This document shows positions 9,897-24,400 of a stretch of 64,000 bases of DNA, piece after piece. The stretch lies in contig OZ024740.1 of NCBI GenBank assembly GCA_964016885.1, positions 406,658,001-406,722,000 on the forward strand, read 5' to 3'. Under the pieces are notes generated by a model that saw nothing but the letters and a program-made list of their open reading frames with translations, ran no database searches and was not told the DNA's origin. Source of the DNA: Eledone cirrhosa (lineage: Eukaryota). How positions within the stretch are numbered: position 1 is the stretch's first letter; each line of letters starts with the position of its first letter. The position numbers and the translations under genes were made by a program.

Positions 9897-12800
9897 CATA
9901 AGCTAGTAGTCATTAGCTAGTAGTCATTGTGGATTCCATCATTCGCTAGCAGACATTGTGGATTCCGTTATTAGTTAGTAGTCATTAGCTAGTAGTCATT
10001 GTGGATTTCATTATTAGTTAGTAGTCATTAGCTAGTAGTCATTGTGGATTCCCTCATTAGTTAGTAGTCATTGTGGAATCCGTTATTAGTTAGTAGTCAT
10101 TAGCTAGTAGTCATTGTGGATTCCGTCATTAGTTAGTAGTCATTGTGGATTCCGTTATTAGTTAGTAGTCATTAGCTAGTAGTCATTGTGGATTCCGTCA
10201 TTAGTTAGTAGTCATTGTGGATTCCGTTATTAGTTAGTAGTCATTAGCTAGTAGTCATTGTGGCTTTCATTATTAGTTAGTAGTCATTAGTTAGTAATCA
10301 TTGTGGATTCCGTTATTAGTTAGTAGTCATTGTGGATTCCCTTATTAGTTAGTAGTCATTTTTAGATTACCTTATTAGTTAGTGGTCATTGTGGATTCCG
10401 TTATTAGTTAGTAGTCGTTGTGGATTCCGTTATTAGTTAGTAGTCGTAGTGGATTCCGTCATTAGCTAGTAGTCATTGTGGATTCCGTTATTAGTTAGTA
10501 GTCATTAGCTAGTAGTCATTTAGGATTCCGTCATTCGCTAGTAGTCGTTTTGGATTCCGTCATTAGTTAGTAGTCATTGTGGAGTACGTTATTAGTTAGT
10601 AGTCATTGTGGATTCCGTTATTAGTTAATAGTCATTAACTACCAGTCATTGTGGATCCGTCATTAGTTAGTAGTCATTGTGGATTCCGTTATTAGTTAGT
10701 AGTCATTGTGGATTCCGTTATTAGTTAGTAGTCATTAACAAGTAGTCATTGTAGATTCCGTCATTAGCTAGTAGTCATTGTGGATTTAATTATTAGTTAG
10801 TAGTCATTAGCTAGTGGTCATTGTGGATTCCGTCATTAGTTAGTTGTCAATGTGGATTCCGTCATTAGCTAGTAGTCCTTGGCGATTCCGTTATCAGTTA
10901 GTAGTCATTGTGGATTCCGTTATTAGTTAGTAGTCATTGTGGATTCCGTTATTAGTTAGTAGCCATTGTGGATTCCGTTATTAGTTAGTAGTCATTAGCT
11001 AGTAGTCACTGTGGATTCCGTTATTAGTTAGTAGTCATTAGCTAGTAGTCATTTAGGATTCCGTCATTAGTTAGTAGTCTTTGTGGATTCCGTTATTAGT
11101 TAGTAGTCTATAGCTAGTAGTCATTTTGGATTTCATTATTAGTTATTAGTCATTAGCTAGTAGTCATTGTGGATTCCCTCATTAGTTATTAGTCATTGTG
11201 GATTCCGTTATTAGTTAGTAGTCATTAGCTAGTAGTCATTTAGGATTCCGTCATTAGTTAGTAGTCATTGTGGATTCCGTCATTAGTTAGTAGTCATTAG
11301 CTAGTAATCATTGTGGATTCCGCCATTCGCTAGTAGTCATTGTGGATTCCGTTATTAGTTAGTAGTCATTAGCTAGTAGTCATTGTGGATTCCGTCATTA
11401 GCTAGTAGTCATTGTGGATTCCGTTATTAGTTAGTAGTCATTAGCTAGTAGTCATTGTGGATTCCGTCATTCGCTAATAGTCATTGAGGATTCCGTCATT
11501 AGTTAGTAGTCATTGTGGATTCCGACATTAGTTAGTAGTCATTGTGGATTCCGTTATTAGTTAGTAGTCATTGTGGATTCCGTCATTAGCTAGTAGTCAT
11601 TGTGGATTCCGTTATTAGTTAGTAGTCATTAGCTAGTAGTCATTGTGGATTCCGTCATTCGCTAATAGTCGTTGAGGATTCCGTCATTAGTTAGTAGTCA
11701 TTGTGGATTCCGTCATTAGTTAGTAGTCATTGTGGATTCCGTTATTAGTTAGTAGTCATTGTGGATTCCGTCATTAGCTAGTAGTCATTGTGGATTCAGT
11801 TATTATTTAGTAGTCATTAGCTAGTAGTCATTGTGGATTCCGTTATTAGTTAGTAGTCTTTGTGGATTCCGTTATTAGTTAGTAGTCATTGTGGATTCTG
11901 TTATTAGCTAGTAGTCATTGTGGATTCCGTTATTAGTTATTAGTCATTAGCTAGTAGTCATTGTGGATTCCGTCATTCGCTAATAGTCGTTGAGGATTCC
12001 GTCATTAGTTAGTAGTCATTGTGGATTCCGTCATTAGTTAGTAGTCATTGTGGATTCCGTTATTAGTTAGTAGTCGTAGTGGATTCCGTCATTAACTAGT
12101 AGTCATTGTGGATTCCGTTATTAGTTAGCAGTCATTAGTTAGTAGTCATTGTGGATTCCGTTATTAGTTAGTAGTCAATGTGGATTCCGTTATTAGTTAG
12201 TAGTCATTGTAGATTCCGTTATTAGTTATTAGTCATTAGCTAGTAGTCATTGTGGATTCCCTCATTAGTTAGTAGTCATTGTGGATTCCGTTATTAGTTA
12301 GTAGTCATTAGCTAGTAGTCATTGTGGATTCCGTTATTAGTTAGTAGTCATTGTGGATTCAGTTATTAGTTAGTAGTCGTTGTGGATTCCGTTATTAGTT
12401 AGTAGTCGTAGTGGATTCCGTCATTAGCTAGTAGTCATCGTGGATTCTGTTATTAGTTACTAGTCATTGTGGATTCCGTTATTGGTTAGTAGTTATTAAC
12501 TCGTAGTCATTGTGGATTCCGTCATTCGCTAGTAGTCATTATGGATTCCATTATTAGTTAGTAGTCATTAGCTAGTGGTCATTGTGGATTCCGTTATTAG
12601 TTAGTAGTCATTGTGGATTCCGTTATTAGTTAGTAGTCATTAACAAGTAGTTATTGTAGATTCCGTCATTAGCTAGTAGTCATTGTGGATTTAATTATTA
12701 GTTAGTAGTCATTAGCTAGTAGTCATTGTGGATTCCGTTATTAGTTAGTAGTCATTGTAGATTCCGTGATTAGTTAGTAGTCATTAGCTAGTAGTCATTG

Positions 12801-13549
12801 CGGATTCCGTCATTCGCTAGTAGTCATTGTGAATTCCGCCATTAGTTAGTAGTCATTGTGGATGCCGTTATTAGTTAGTAGTCATTGTGGATTCCGTTAT
12901 TAGTTAGTAGCAATTGTGGATTCCGTTATTAGTTAGTAATCATTAGCTAGTAGTCGTTGTGGATTCCGTCATTACCTAGTAGTCATTGTGGATTCCGTCA
13001 TTACCTAGTAGTCATTGTGGATTCCGTCATTAACTAGTAGTCATTGTGGATTCCCTCATTAGTTAGTAGTCATTGTGGAATCCGTTATTAGTTAGTAGTC
13101 ATTATCTAGTAGTCATTGTGGATTCCGTCATTAGTTAGTAGTCATTAGTTAGTAGTCATTGTGGATTCCGTTATTACTTAGTAGTCATTTTAGATTCCCT
13201 TATTAGTTAGTAGTCATTGTGGATTCCGTCATTTGTTTATAGTCATTAACAACCAGTCATTGTGGATCCGTCATTAGTTAGTAGTCATTAACTAGTAGTC
13301 ATTGTAGATTCCGTCATTAGTTAGTAGTCATTGTGGATTACGTTATTAGTTAGTAGTCATTGGGGATTCCGTCGTTAGCTAGTAGTCATTGTGGATTCCA
13401 TCATTCGCTAGTAGTCATGGAGGATTCCGTTATTAGTTAGTAGTTATCGTGGATTTCATTATTACTTAGTAGTCATTAGTTAGTAGTCTTTGTGGATTCC
13501 GTCATTAGTTAGTAGTCATTGTGCATTCCGTCATTAGTTAGTAGTCATT
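9897..13549 (+). repeat. Long direct duplicate of 1-3653 (offset 9896 bp)
   Basis: Rare variants recur at a constant offset of 9896: cataagctag 1/9897, ggagtacg 685/10581, cgtcatttgtttatag 3331/13227. The copies diverge at 3654/13550. Confidence 0.92.
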
Positions 13550-15043
13550 AGCTAGTAGTCATTAGCTAGTGGTCATTAGCTAGTAGTCATTGTGGATTCC
13601 GTTATTAGTTAGTAGTCATTGTGGATTCCGTCATTAGCTAGTAATCATTGGCGATTCCGTTATTACTTCGTTGTCAATGTGGATTCCGTCATTCGTTAGT
13701 AGTCATTGTGGATTCCGTTATTAGTTAGTAGCCATTGTGGATTCCGTTATTAGTTAGTAGTCATTAGCTAGTAGTCACTGTGGATTCCGTTATTAGTTAG
13801 TAGTCATTAGCTAGAAGTCATTTTTGATTCCGTCATTAGTTAGTAGTGATTGTGGATTCCCTCATCAGTTAGTAGTCATTGTGGATTCCGTTATTAGTTA
13901 GTAGTCATTGTGGATTCCGTTATTAGTTAGTAGTCATTGTAGATATCCGTTTTTAGTTAGTAGTCAGTAGCTAGTAGTCGTTGTGGATTCGTCATTCGCT
14001 AGTAGTTATTGTGGATTCCGTCATTAGTTAGTAGTCATTGTGGATTCCGTTATTAGTCAGTAGTCATTGTGGATTCCATTATTAGTTAGTAATCATTAGC
14101 TAGTAGTCGTTGTGGATTCCTTGATTAGTTAGTAGTCATTAGCTAGTAGTCATTTTGGATTCCGACATTAGTTAGTAGTCATTGTGGATTCCGTTATTAG
14201 TAAGTAGTCATTAGCTAGTAGTCATTGTGGATTCCGTCATTACGTAGGAGTCATTGTGGATTCCGTCATTACCTAGTAGTCATTGTGGATTCAGTCATTA
14301 GCTAGTAGTCATTGTGGATTCAGTTATTAGTTAGTAGGTATTAGCAAGTAGTCATTGTGGATTCCCTCATTAGTTAGTAGTCATTGTGGATTCCGTTATT
14401 AGTTAGTAGTCATTATGAATTCCATTATTAGTTAGTAGTCATTAGTTAGGAGTCATTGTGGATTCCGTCATTAGTTAGTAGTCATTGTGGATTCCGTTAT
14501 TAGTTAGTAGTCAATTTAGATTCCGTTATTAGTTAGTAGTCTTTGTGGATTCCGTCATTAGTTAGTAGTCATTGTGGATTCCGTCATTAGTTAGTAGTCA
14601 TTAGCTAGTAGTCATTAGCTAGTAGTCATTGTGGATTACGTCATTCGCCAGAAGTCATTGTGGATTCCGTCATTAGTTAGTAGTCATTGTGGATTCCATT
14701 ATTAGTTAGTAGTCATTGTGGATTCCGTTATTAGTTAGTAGCCATTGTGGATTCCGTTATTAGTTAGTAATCATTAGCTAGTAGTCGTTGTGGATTCCGT
14801 TATTAGTTAGTAGTCATTAGCTAGTAATCATTTTGGATTCCGACATTAGTTAGTAGCCATTGTGGATTCCGTTATTAGTTATTAGTCATTAGTTAGTAGT
14901 CATTGTGGATTCCGTCATTCGTTAGTAGTGAATGTGGATTCCGTTATTAGTTAGTAGCCATTGTGGATTCCGTTATTAGTTAGTAGTCATTAGCTAGTAG
15001 TCATTTAGGATTCCGTCATTAGTTAGTAGTCATTGTGGATTCA

Positions 15044-18000
15044 GTTATTAGTTAGTAGTCATTAGCTAGTAGTCATTGTGGATTCCGTCATTACCTAGTA
15101 GTCATTGTGGATACCGTCATTAGCTAGTAGTCTTTGTGGATTCCGTCATTAGCTAGTAGTCATTTTGGATTCAGTTATCAGTTAATAGTCATTAGCAAGT
15201 AGTCATTGTGGATTTCATTATTAGTTTGTAGTCATTAGTTAGTAGTCTTTGTGGATTCCGTCATTAGTTAGTAGTCATTGTGGATTCCGTCATCAGTTAG
15301 TACTCATTAGCTAGTAGTCATTAGCTTGTAGTCATTGTGGATTCCGTCATTCGCTAGTAGACATTGAGGATTCCGTTATTAGTTAGTAGTCATTGTGGAT
15401 TCCGTCATTAGCTAGTAGTCATTGTGGATTCCGTTATTAGTTGGTAGTCATTAGCTAGCAGTCATTGTGGATTCCGTTATTAGCTAGTAGTCATTGTGGA
15501 TTCCGTGATTCGCTAGTAGACATTGTGGATTCCGTTATTAGTTAGTAGTCATTGTGGATTCCGTCATTAGTTAGTAGACATTGTGGATTCCGATATTAGT
15601 TAGTAGTCATTGTGGATTCCGTTATTAGTTAGTAGTCATTGTGGATTCCGCCATAAGCTAGTAGTCATTGTGGATTCCGTCATTGGCTAGTAGTCATTGT
15701 GGATTCCGTTATTAGTTCGTAGTCAATGTGGATTCCGTCATTCGTTAGTAGTCATTGTGGATTCCATTATTAGTTAGTAGTCATTGTGGATTCCGTTATT
15801 AGTTAGTAGCCATTGTGGATTCCGTTATTAGTTAGTAGTCATTAGCTAGAAGTCATTTTTTATTCCGTCATTAGTTAGTAGTGATTGTGGATTCCCTCAT
15901 CAGTTAGTAGTCATTGTGGATTCCGTTATTAGTTAGTAGTCATTGTGGATTCCGTTATTAGTTAGTAGTCATTACCTAGTAGTCATTAGCTAGTAGTCAT
16001 TGTGGATTACCTCATTCGCTAGTAGTCATTGTGGATTCCGTTATTAGTTAGTAGTCATTGTGGATTCCGTCATTAGCTAGTAGTCATTGGCGATTCCCTT
16101 ATTAGTTAGTAGGCATTGTGGATTCAGTTATTAGTTAGTAGTCATTGTGGATTCCGTTATTAGTTAGTAGTCATTGTGGATTCCGTTATTAGTTAGTAGC
16201 CATTGTGGATTCCGTTATTAGCTAGTAGTCATTTCGGATTCCGTCATTAGTTAGTAGTCATTGTGGATTCCGTTATTAGTTAGTAGTCATTAGCTAGTAG
16301 TCATTGTGGATTCCGTCATTACCTAGTAGTCATTGTGGATACCGTCATTAGCTAGTAGTCTTTGTGGATTCCGTCATTAGCTAGTAGTCATTTTGGATTC
16401 AGTTATCAGTTAATAGTCTAGTTAATAGTCTTTGTGGATTCCGTCATTAGTTAGTAGTCATTGTGGATTCCGTCATTAGTTAGTACTCATTAGCTAGTAG
16501 TCATTAACTTGTAGTCATTGTGGATTCCGTCATTCGCTAGTAGACATTGTGGATTCCGTTATTAGTTAGTAGTCATTGTGGATTCCGTCATTAGCTAGTA
16601 GTCATTGTGGATTCCGTTATTAGTTAGTAGTCATTAGCTAGTAGTCATTGTGGATTCCGTGATTCGCTAGTAGACATTGTGGATTCCGTTATTAGTTAGT
16701 AGTCATTGTGGATTCCGTCATTAGTTAGTAGACATTGCTGATTCCGTTATTAGTTAGTAGTCATTAGCTAGTAGTCATTGTGGATTCCGTCATTACCTAG
16801 TAGTCATTGTGGATACCGTCATTAGCTAGTAGTCTTTGTGGATTCCGTCATTAGCTAGTAGTCATTTTGGATTCAGTTATCAGTTAATAGTCATTAGCAA
16901 GTAGTCATTGTGGATTTCATTATTAGTTTGTAGTCATTAGTTAGTAGTCTTTGTGGATTCCGTCATTAGTTAGTAGTCATTGTGGATTCCGTCATCAGTT
17001 AGTACTCATTAGCTAGTAGTCATTAGCTTGTAGTCATTGTGGATTCCGTCATTCGCTAGTAGACATTGAGGATTCCGTTATTAGTTAGTAGTCATTGTGG
17101 ATTCCGTCATTAGCTAGTAGTCATTGTGGATTCCGTTATTAGTTGGTAGTCATTAGCTAGCAGTCATTGTGGATTCCGTTATTAGCTAGTAGTCATTGTG
17201 GATTCCGTGATTCGCTAGTAGACATTGTGGATTCCGTTATTAGTTAGTAGTCATTGTGGATTCCGTCATTAGTTAGTAGACATTGTGGATTCCGATATTA
17301 GTTAGTAGTCATTGTGGATTCCGTTATTAGTTAGTAGTCATTGTGGATTCCGCCATAAGCTAGTAGTCATTGTGGATTCCGTCATTGGCTAGTAGTCATT
17401 GTGGATTCCGTTATTAGTTCGTAGTCAATGTGGATTCCGTCATTCGTTAGTAGTCATTGTGGATTCCATTATTAGTTAGTAGTCATTGTGGATTCCGTTA
17501 TTAGTTAGTAGCCATTGTGGATTCCGTTATTAGTTAGTAGTCATTAGCTAGAAGTCATTTTTTATTCCGTCATTAGTTAGTAGTGATTGTGGATTCCCTC
17601 ATCAGTTAGTAGTCATTGTGGATTCCGTTATTAGTTAGTAGTCATTGTGGATTCCGTTATTAGTTAGTAGTCATTACCTAGTAGTCATTAGCTAGTAGTC
17701 ATTGTGGATTACCTCATTCGCTAGTAGTCATTGTGGATTCCGTTATTAGTTAGTAGTCATTGTGGATTCCGTCATTAGCTAGTAGTCATTGGCGATTCCC
17801 TTATTAGTTAGTAGGCATTGTGGATTCAGTTATTAGTTAGTAGTCATTGTGGATTCCGTTATTAGTTAGTAGTCATTGTGGATTCCGTTATTAGTTAGTA
17901 GCCATTGTGGATTCCGTTATTAGCTAGTAGTCATTTCGGATTCCGTCATTAGTTAGTAGTCATTGTGGATTCCGTTATTAGTTAGTAGTCATTAGCTAGT

Positions 18001-18467
18001 AGTCATTGTGGATTCCGTCATTACCTAGTAGTCATTGTGGATACCGTCATTAGCTAGTAGTCTTTGTGGATTCCGTCATTAGCTAGTAGTCATTTTGGAT
18101 TCAGTTATCAGTTAATAGTCTAGTTAATAGTCTTTGTGGATTCCGTCATTAGTTAGTAGTCATTGTGGATTCCGTCATTAGTTAGTACTCATTAGCTAGT
18201 AGTCATTAACTTGTAGTCATTGTGGATTCCGTCATTCGCTAGTAGACATTGTGGATTCCGTTATTAGTTAGTAGTCATTGTGGATTCCGTCATTAGCTAG
18301 TAGTCATTGTGGATTCCGTTATTAGTTAGTAGTCATTAGCTAGTAGTCATTGTGGATTCCGTGATTCGCTAGTAGACATTGTGGATTCCGTTATTAGTTA
18401 GTAGTCATTGTGGATTCCGTCATTAGTTAGTAGACATTGCTGATTCCGTTATTAGTTAGTAGTCATT
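15044..18467 (+). repeat. Tandem duplication, unit 1702 bp (15044-16765 = 16746-18467)
   Basis: Markers ataccgtc 15111/16813 and gacattgctgattcc 16731/18433 are both at offset 1702. The ttttttattcc and ccgccataagct variants occur in both copies. Confidence 0.92.
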
Positions 18468-21400
18468 GTGGATTCCGTTATTAGTTAGTAGTCATTGTGG
18501 ATTCCGTCATTAGCTAGTAGTCATTGTGGATTCCGTATTTAGTTAGTAGTCATAAGCTAGTAGTCATTGTGGATTCCGTTATTGGCTAGTAGTCATTGTG
18601 GATTCCGTTATTAGTTCGTAGTCAATGTGGATTCCGTCATTCGTTAGTAGTCATTGTGGATTCCATTATTAGTTAGTAGTCATTGTGGATTCCGTTATTA
18701 GTTAGTAGCCATTTTGGATTCCGTTTTTAGTTAGTAGTCATTAGCTAGTAGTCACTGTGGATTCCGTTATTAGTTAGTAGTCATTAGCTAGAAGTCATTT
18801 TTTATTCCGTCATTAGTTAGTAGTGATTGTGGATTCCCTCATCAGTTAGTAGTCATTGTGGATTCCGTTATTAGTTAGTAGTCATTGTGGATTCCGTTAT
18901 TAGTTAGTAGTCATTAGCTAGTAGTCATTGTGGATTCCGTTATTAGCTAGTAGTCATTGTAGATTCCGTTATTAGTTAGCAGTCATTAGCTAGTAGTCAT
19001 TGTGGATTCGTCATTCGCTAGTAGTTATTGTGGATTCCGTCATTAGTTAGTAGTCATTGTGGATTCCGTTATTAGTCAGTAGTCATTGTGGATTCCATTA
19101 TTAGTTAGTAATCATTAGCTAGTAGTTATTTTGGATTCCGACATTAGTTAGTGGTCATTGTGGATTCCGTTATTAGTTAGTAGTCATTAGCTAGTAGTCA
19201 TTGTGGATTCCGTCATTACGTAGGAGTCATTGTGGATTCCGTCATTACCTAGTAGTCATTGTGGATTCAGTCATTAGCTAGTAGTCATTGTGGAATACGT
19301 TATTAGTTAGTAGTCATTAGCTAGTAGTCAGTGTGGATTCCGTTATTAGTTAGTAGTCATTATGAATTCCATTATTAGTTAGTAGTCATTAGTTAGTACT
19401 CATTGTGGATTCCGTTATTAGTTAGTAGTCATTGTGGATTCCGTTATTAGTTAGTAGTCATTAGCTAGTAGTCAGTGTGGATTCCGTTATTAGTTAGTAG
19501 TCATTTTAGATTCCCTTATTAGTTAGTAGTCATTGTGGATTCCGTTATTAGTTAGTAGTCATTGTGGATTCCGTCATTAGTTAATAGTCATTAATTACCA
19601 GTCATTGTGGATCCGTCATTAGTTAGTAGTCATTAGCTAGTGGTCATTGTGGCTTCCGTCATTAGTTAGTAGTCATTGTGGATTCCGTTATTAGTTAGTA
19701 GTCATTAACTAGTAGTCATTGTAGATTCCGTCATTAGCTAGTAGTCATTGTGGATTTAATTATTAGTTAGTAGTCATTAGTTAGTAGTCATTGTGGATTC
19801 CGTCATTAGTCAGTAGTCCTTGTGGATTCCGTCATAAGTTAGTAGTCATTGTTGATTCCGTTATTAGTTAGTAATCATTCGCTAGAAGTCATTGTGGATT
19901 CCATAATTCGCTAGTAGTCATGGAGGATTCCGTTATTAGTTAGTAGTCATTGTGGATTTCATTATTAGTTAATAGTCCTTAGTTAGTAGTCTTTGTGGAT
20001 TCCGTCATTAGTTAGTAGTCATTGTGCATTCGGTCATTAGTTAGTAGTCATTAGCTAGTAGTCATTAGCTAGTAGTCATTGTGGATTACCTCATTCGCTA
20101 GTAGTCATTGTGGATTACGTTATTAGTTAGTAGTCATTGTGGATTCCGTTATTAGTTAGTAGTCATTGTGGATTCCGTTATTAGTTAGTAGCCATTGTGG
20201 ATTCCGTTGTTAGCTAGTAGTCATTTCGGATTCCGTCATTAGTTAGTAGTCATTGTGGATTCCGTTATTAGTTAGTAGTCATTGTGGATTCCGTCATTAG
20301 CTAGTAGTCATTGGCGATTCCCTTATTAGTTAGTAGTCATTATGGATTCCGTCATTACCTAGTAGTAATGGTGGATTCCGTCATTAGCTAGTAGTCATTG
20401 TGGATTCCGTCATTAGCTAGTAGTCATTGTGGATTCAGTTATTAGTTAGTAGTCATTAGCTAGTAGTCATTGTGGATTTCATTATTAGTTAGTAGGCATT
20501 AGCTAGTAGTCATTGTGGATTCCGTTATTAGTTAGTAGTCATTAGCTAGTAGTCATTGTGGATTCCGTCATTACCTAGTAGTCATTGTGGATTACGTCAT
20601 TAGTTAGTAGTCATTGTGGATTCCGTTATTAGTTAGTAGTCGTAGTGGATTCCGTCAACTACTAGTCATTGTGGATTCCGTTATTAGTTAGTAGTCATTA
20701 GCTAGTAGTCATTGTGGATTCCGTTATTAGTTAGTAGTCATTGTAGATTAAGTTATTAGTTAGTAGTCGTTAGCTAATAGTCATTTTTGATCCCATTATT
20801 AATTAGTAGTCATTGTGGATTCCGTTATTATTATGTATTCATTAGCTAGTCGTCATTGTGGATTCCGTCATTAGTTAATAGTCATTAACTACCCGTCATT
20901 GTGGATCCGCCATTAGTTAGTAGTCATTGTGGATTCCGTTATTAGTTAGTAGTCATTGTAGATTCCGTTATTAGTTAGTAGTCATTAGCTAGTGGTCATT
21001 GTGGATTCCGTGATTAGTTAGTAGTCATTGTGGATGCCGTTATTAGTTAGTAGTCATTAACTAGTAGTCATTGTAGATTCCGTCATTAGCTAGTAGTCAT
21101 TGTGGATTTAATTATAAGTTAGAATTCATTAGTAAGTAGTCATTGTGGATTACGTCATTAGGTAGTAGTCATTAGCTAGAAGTCATTGTGGATTCCAGCA
21201 TTCGCTAGTAGTCATGGGGGATTCCGATATTAGTTAGTAGTCATTGTGGATTCCGTTATTAGTAAGTAGTCATTAGCTAGTAGTCAATGTGGATTCCGTT
21301 ATTAGTTAGTTGTTTTTGTAGATTCCGTTATTAGTAAGTAGTCATTAGCTAGTAGTCATTGTGGATTCCGTCATTGGTTAGTAGTCATTGTGGATTCCGT

Positions 21401-24400
21401 TATTAGTTATTAGTCATTAGCTAGTAGTCATTGTGGATTCCGTTATTAGTTAGTAGTCATTGTAGATTCCGTTATTAGTTAGTAGTCATTAGCTAGTAGT
21501 CATTGTGGATTCCGTCATTAGTCAGTAGTCATTGTGGATTCCGTTATTAGTTAGTAGTCATTGTGGATTCCATTATTAGTTAGTAGTCATTTTGGATCCC
21601 ATTATTAGTTGGTAGTCATTGTGGATTCCGTTATTAGTAAGTAGTCATTGTAGATTCCGTTATTAGTTAGTAGTCATTAGCTAGTGGTCATTGTGTATTC
21701 CGTGATTAGTTAGTAGTCATTGTGGATTCCGTTATTAGTTAGTAGTCATTAACTAGTAGTCATTGTAGATTCCGTCATTAGTTAGTAGTCCTTGTGGATT
21801 CCGTCATAAGTTAGTAGTCATTGTGGATTCCGTTATTAGTTAGTAGTCATTAGCTAGAAGTCATTGTGGATTCCAGCATTTGCTAGTAGTCATGGAGGAT
21901 TCCGTTATTAGTTAGTAGTCTTTGTGGATTCCGTCATTAGTTAGTAGTCATTGTGGATTCCGTGATTAGTTAGTAGTCATTAGCTAGTAGTCATTAGCTA
22001 GTAGTCATTGTGGATTACGTCATTCGCCAGTAGTCATTGTGGATTCCGTCATTAGTTAGTAGTCATTGTGGATTCCATTATTAGTTAGTAGTCATTGTGG
22101 ATTCCGTTATTAGTTAGTAGCCATTGTGGATTCCGTTAATATTTAGTAATCATTAGCTAGTAGTCGTTGTGGATTCCGTTATGAGTTAGTAGTCATTAGC
22201 TAGTAATCATTTTGGATTCCGACATTAGTTAGTAGCCATTGTGGAGTCCGTTATTAGTTATTAGTCATTAGTTAGTAGTCATTGTGGATTCCGTCATTCG
22301 TTAGTAGTGAATGTGGATTCCGTTATTAGTTAGTAGCCATTGTGGATTCCGTTATTAGTTAGTAGTCATTAGCTAGTAGTCACTGTGGATTCCGTTATTA
22401 GTTAGTAGTCATTAGCTAGTAGTCATTTAGGATTCCGTCATTAGTTAGTAGTCATTGTGGATTCCGTTATTAGTTAGTAGTCATTAGCTAGTAGTCATTG
22501 TGGATTCCGTCATTACCTAGTAGTCATTGTGGATTCCGTCATTAGCTAGTAGTCTTTGTGGATTCCGTCATTAGCTAGTAGTCATTGTGGATTCAGTTAT
22601 CAGTTAATAGTCATTAGCATGTAGTCATTGTGGAATTCATTATTAGTTATTAGTCATTAGCTAGTAGTCATTGTGGATTTCATTATTAGTTAGTAGTCAT
22701 TAGTTAGTAGTCTTTGTGGATTCCGTCATTAGTTAGTAGTCATTGTGGATTCCGTCATTAGTTAGTAGTCATTAGCTAGTAGTCATTGTGGATTTCATTA
22801 TTAGTTAGTAGTCATTAGTTAGTAGTCTTTGTGGATTCCGTCATTAGTTAGTAGTCATTGTGGATTCCGTCATTAGTTAGTAGTCATTAGCTAGTAGTCA
22901 TTAGCTAGTAGTCATTGTGGATTCCGTCATTCGCTAGTAGACATTGTGGATTCCGTTATTAGTTAGTAGTCATTGTGGATTCCGTCATGAGCTAGTAGTC
23001 ATTGTGGATTCCGTTATTAGTTAGTAGTCATTAGCTAGTAGTCAATGTGGATTCCGTTATTAGCTAGTAGTCATTGTGGATTCCGTCATTCGCTAGTAGA
23101 CACTGTGGATTCCGTTATTAGTTAGTAGTCATTGTGGATTCCGTTATTAGTTAGTAGTCATTGTGGATTCCGTTATTAGTTAGTAGTCATTATGGATTCC
23201 GTCATTAGCTAGTAGTCATTGTGGATTCCGTATTTAGTTAGTAGTCATAAGCTAGTAGTCATTGTGGATTCCGTCATTGGCTAGTAGTCATTGTGGATTC
23301 CGTTATTAGTTAGTAGCCATTGTGGATTCCGTTATTAGATAGTAGTCATTAGCTATTAGTCACTGCGGATTTCGTTATTAGTTAGTAGTCATTTGCTAGA
23401 AGTCATTTTGGATTCCGTCATTAGTTAGTAGTGATTGTGGATTCCCTCATCAGTTAGTAGTCATTGTGGATTCCGTTATTAGTTAGTAGTCATTGTGGAT
23501 TCCGTTATTAGTTAGTAGTCATTAGCTAGTAGTCATTGTGGATACCGTTATTAGTTAGTAGACATTGTAGATTCCGTTATTAGTTAGTAGTCATTGTGGA
23601 TTCCGTCATTAGTTAGTAGTGATTGTGGATTCCGTCATTACCTAGTAGTCATTGTGGATTCCGTCATTAGCTAGTAGTCATTGTGGATTCAGTTATTAGT
23701 TAGTAGTCATAAGCTAGTAGTCATTGTGGATTTCATTATTAGTTAGTAGTCATTAGCTAGTAGTCATTGTGGAATCCCTCATTAGTTAGTAGTCATTGTG
23801 GAATCCGTTATTAGTTAATAGTCATTAGCTAGTACTCATTGTGAATTCCGTCATTAGTTAGTAGTCATTGTGGATGCCGTTATTAGTTAGTAGTAATTAG
23901 CTAGTAGTCATTGTGGATTTCATTATTAGTTAGTAGTCATTAGTTAGTAGTCATTGTGGATTCCGTTATTAGTTAGTAGTCATTGTGGATTCCGTTATTA
24001 GTTAGTAGTCATTTTAGATTACCTTATTAGTTAGTGGTCATTGTGGAATCCGTTATTAGTTAGTAGTCGTTGTGGATTCCGTTATTAGTTAGTAGTCATT
24101 TGGGATCCCATTATTAGTTAGTAGTCATTGTGGATTCCGTTATTAGTTAATAGTCATTAACTACCAGTCATTGTGGATCCGTCATTAGTTAGTAGTCATT
24201 GTGGATTCCGTTATTAGTTAGTAGTCATTGTGGATTCCGTTATTAGTCAGTAGTCATTAACAAGTAGTCATTGTAGATTCCGTCATTAGCTAGTAGTCAT
24301 TGTGGATTCCGTCATTAGCTAGTAGTCATTGGCGATTCCGTTATTAGTTAGTAGTCATTGTGGATTCCGTTATTAGTTAGTAGTCATTGTGGATTCCGTT

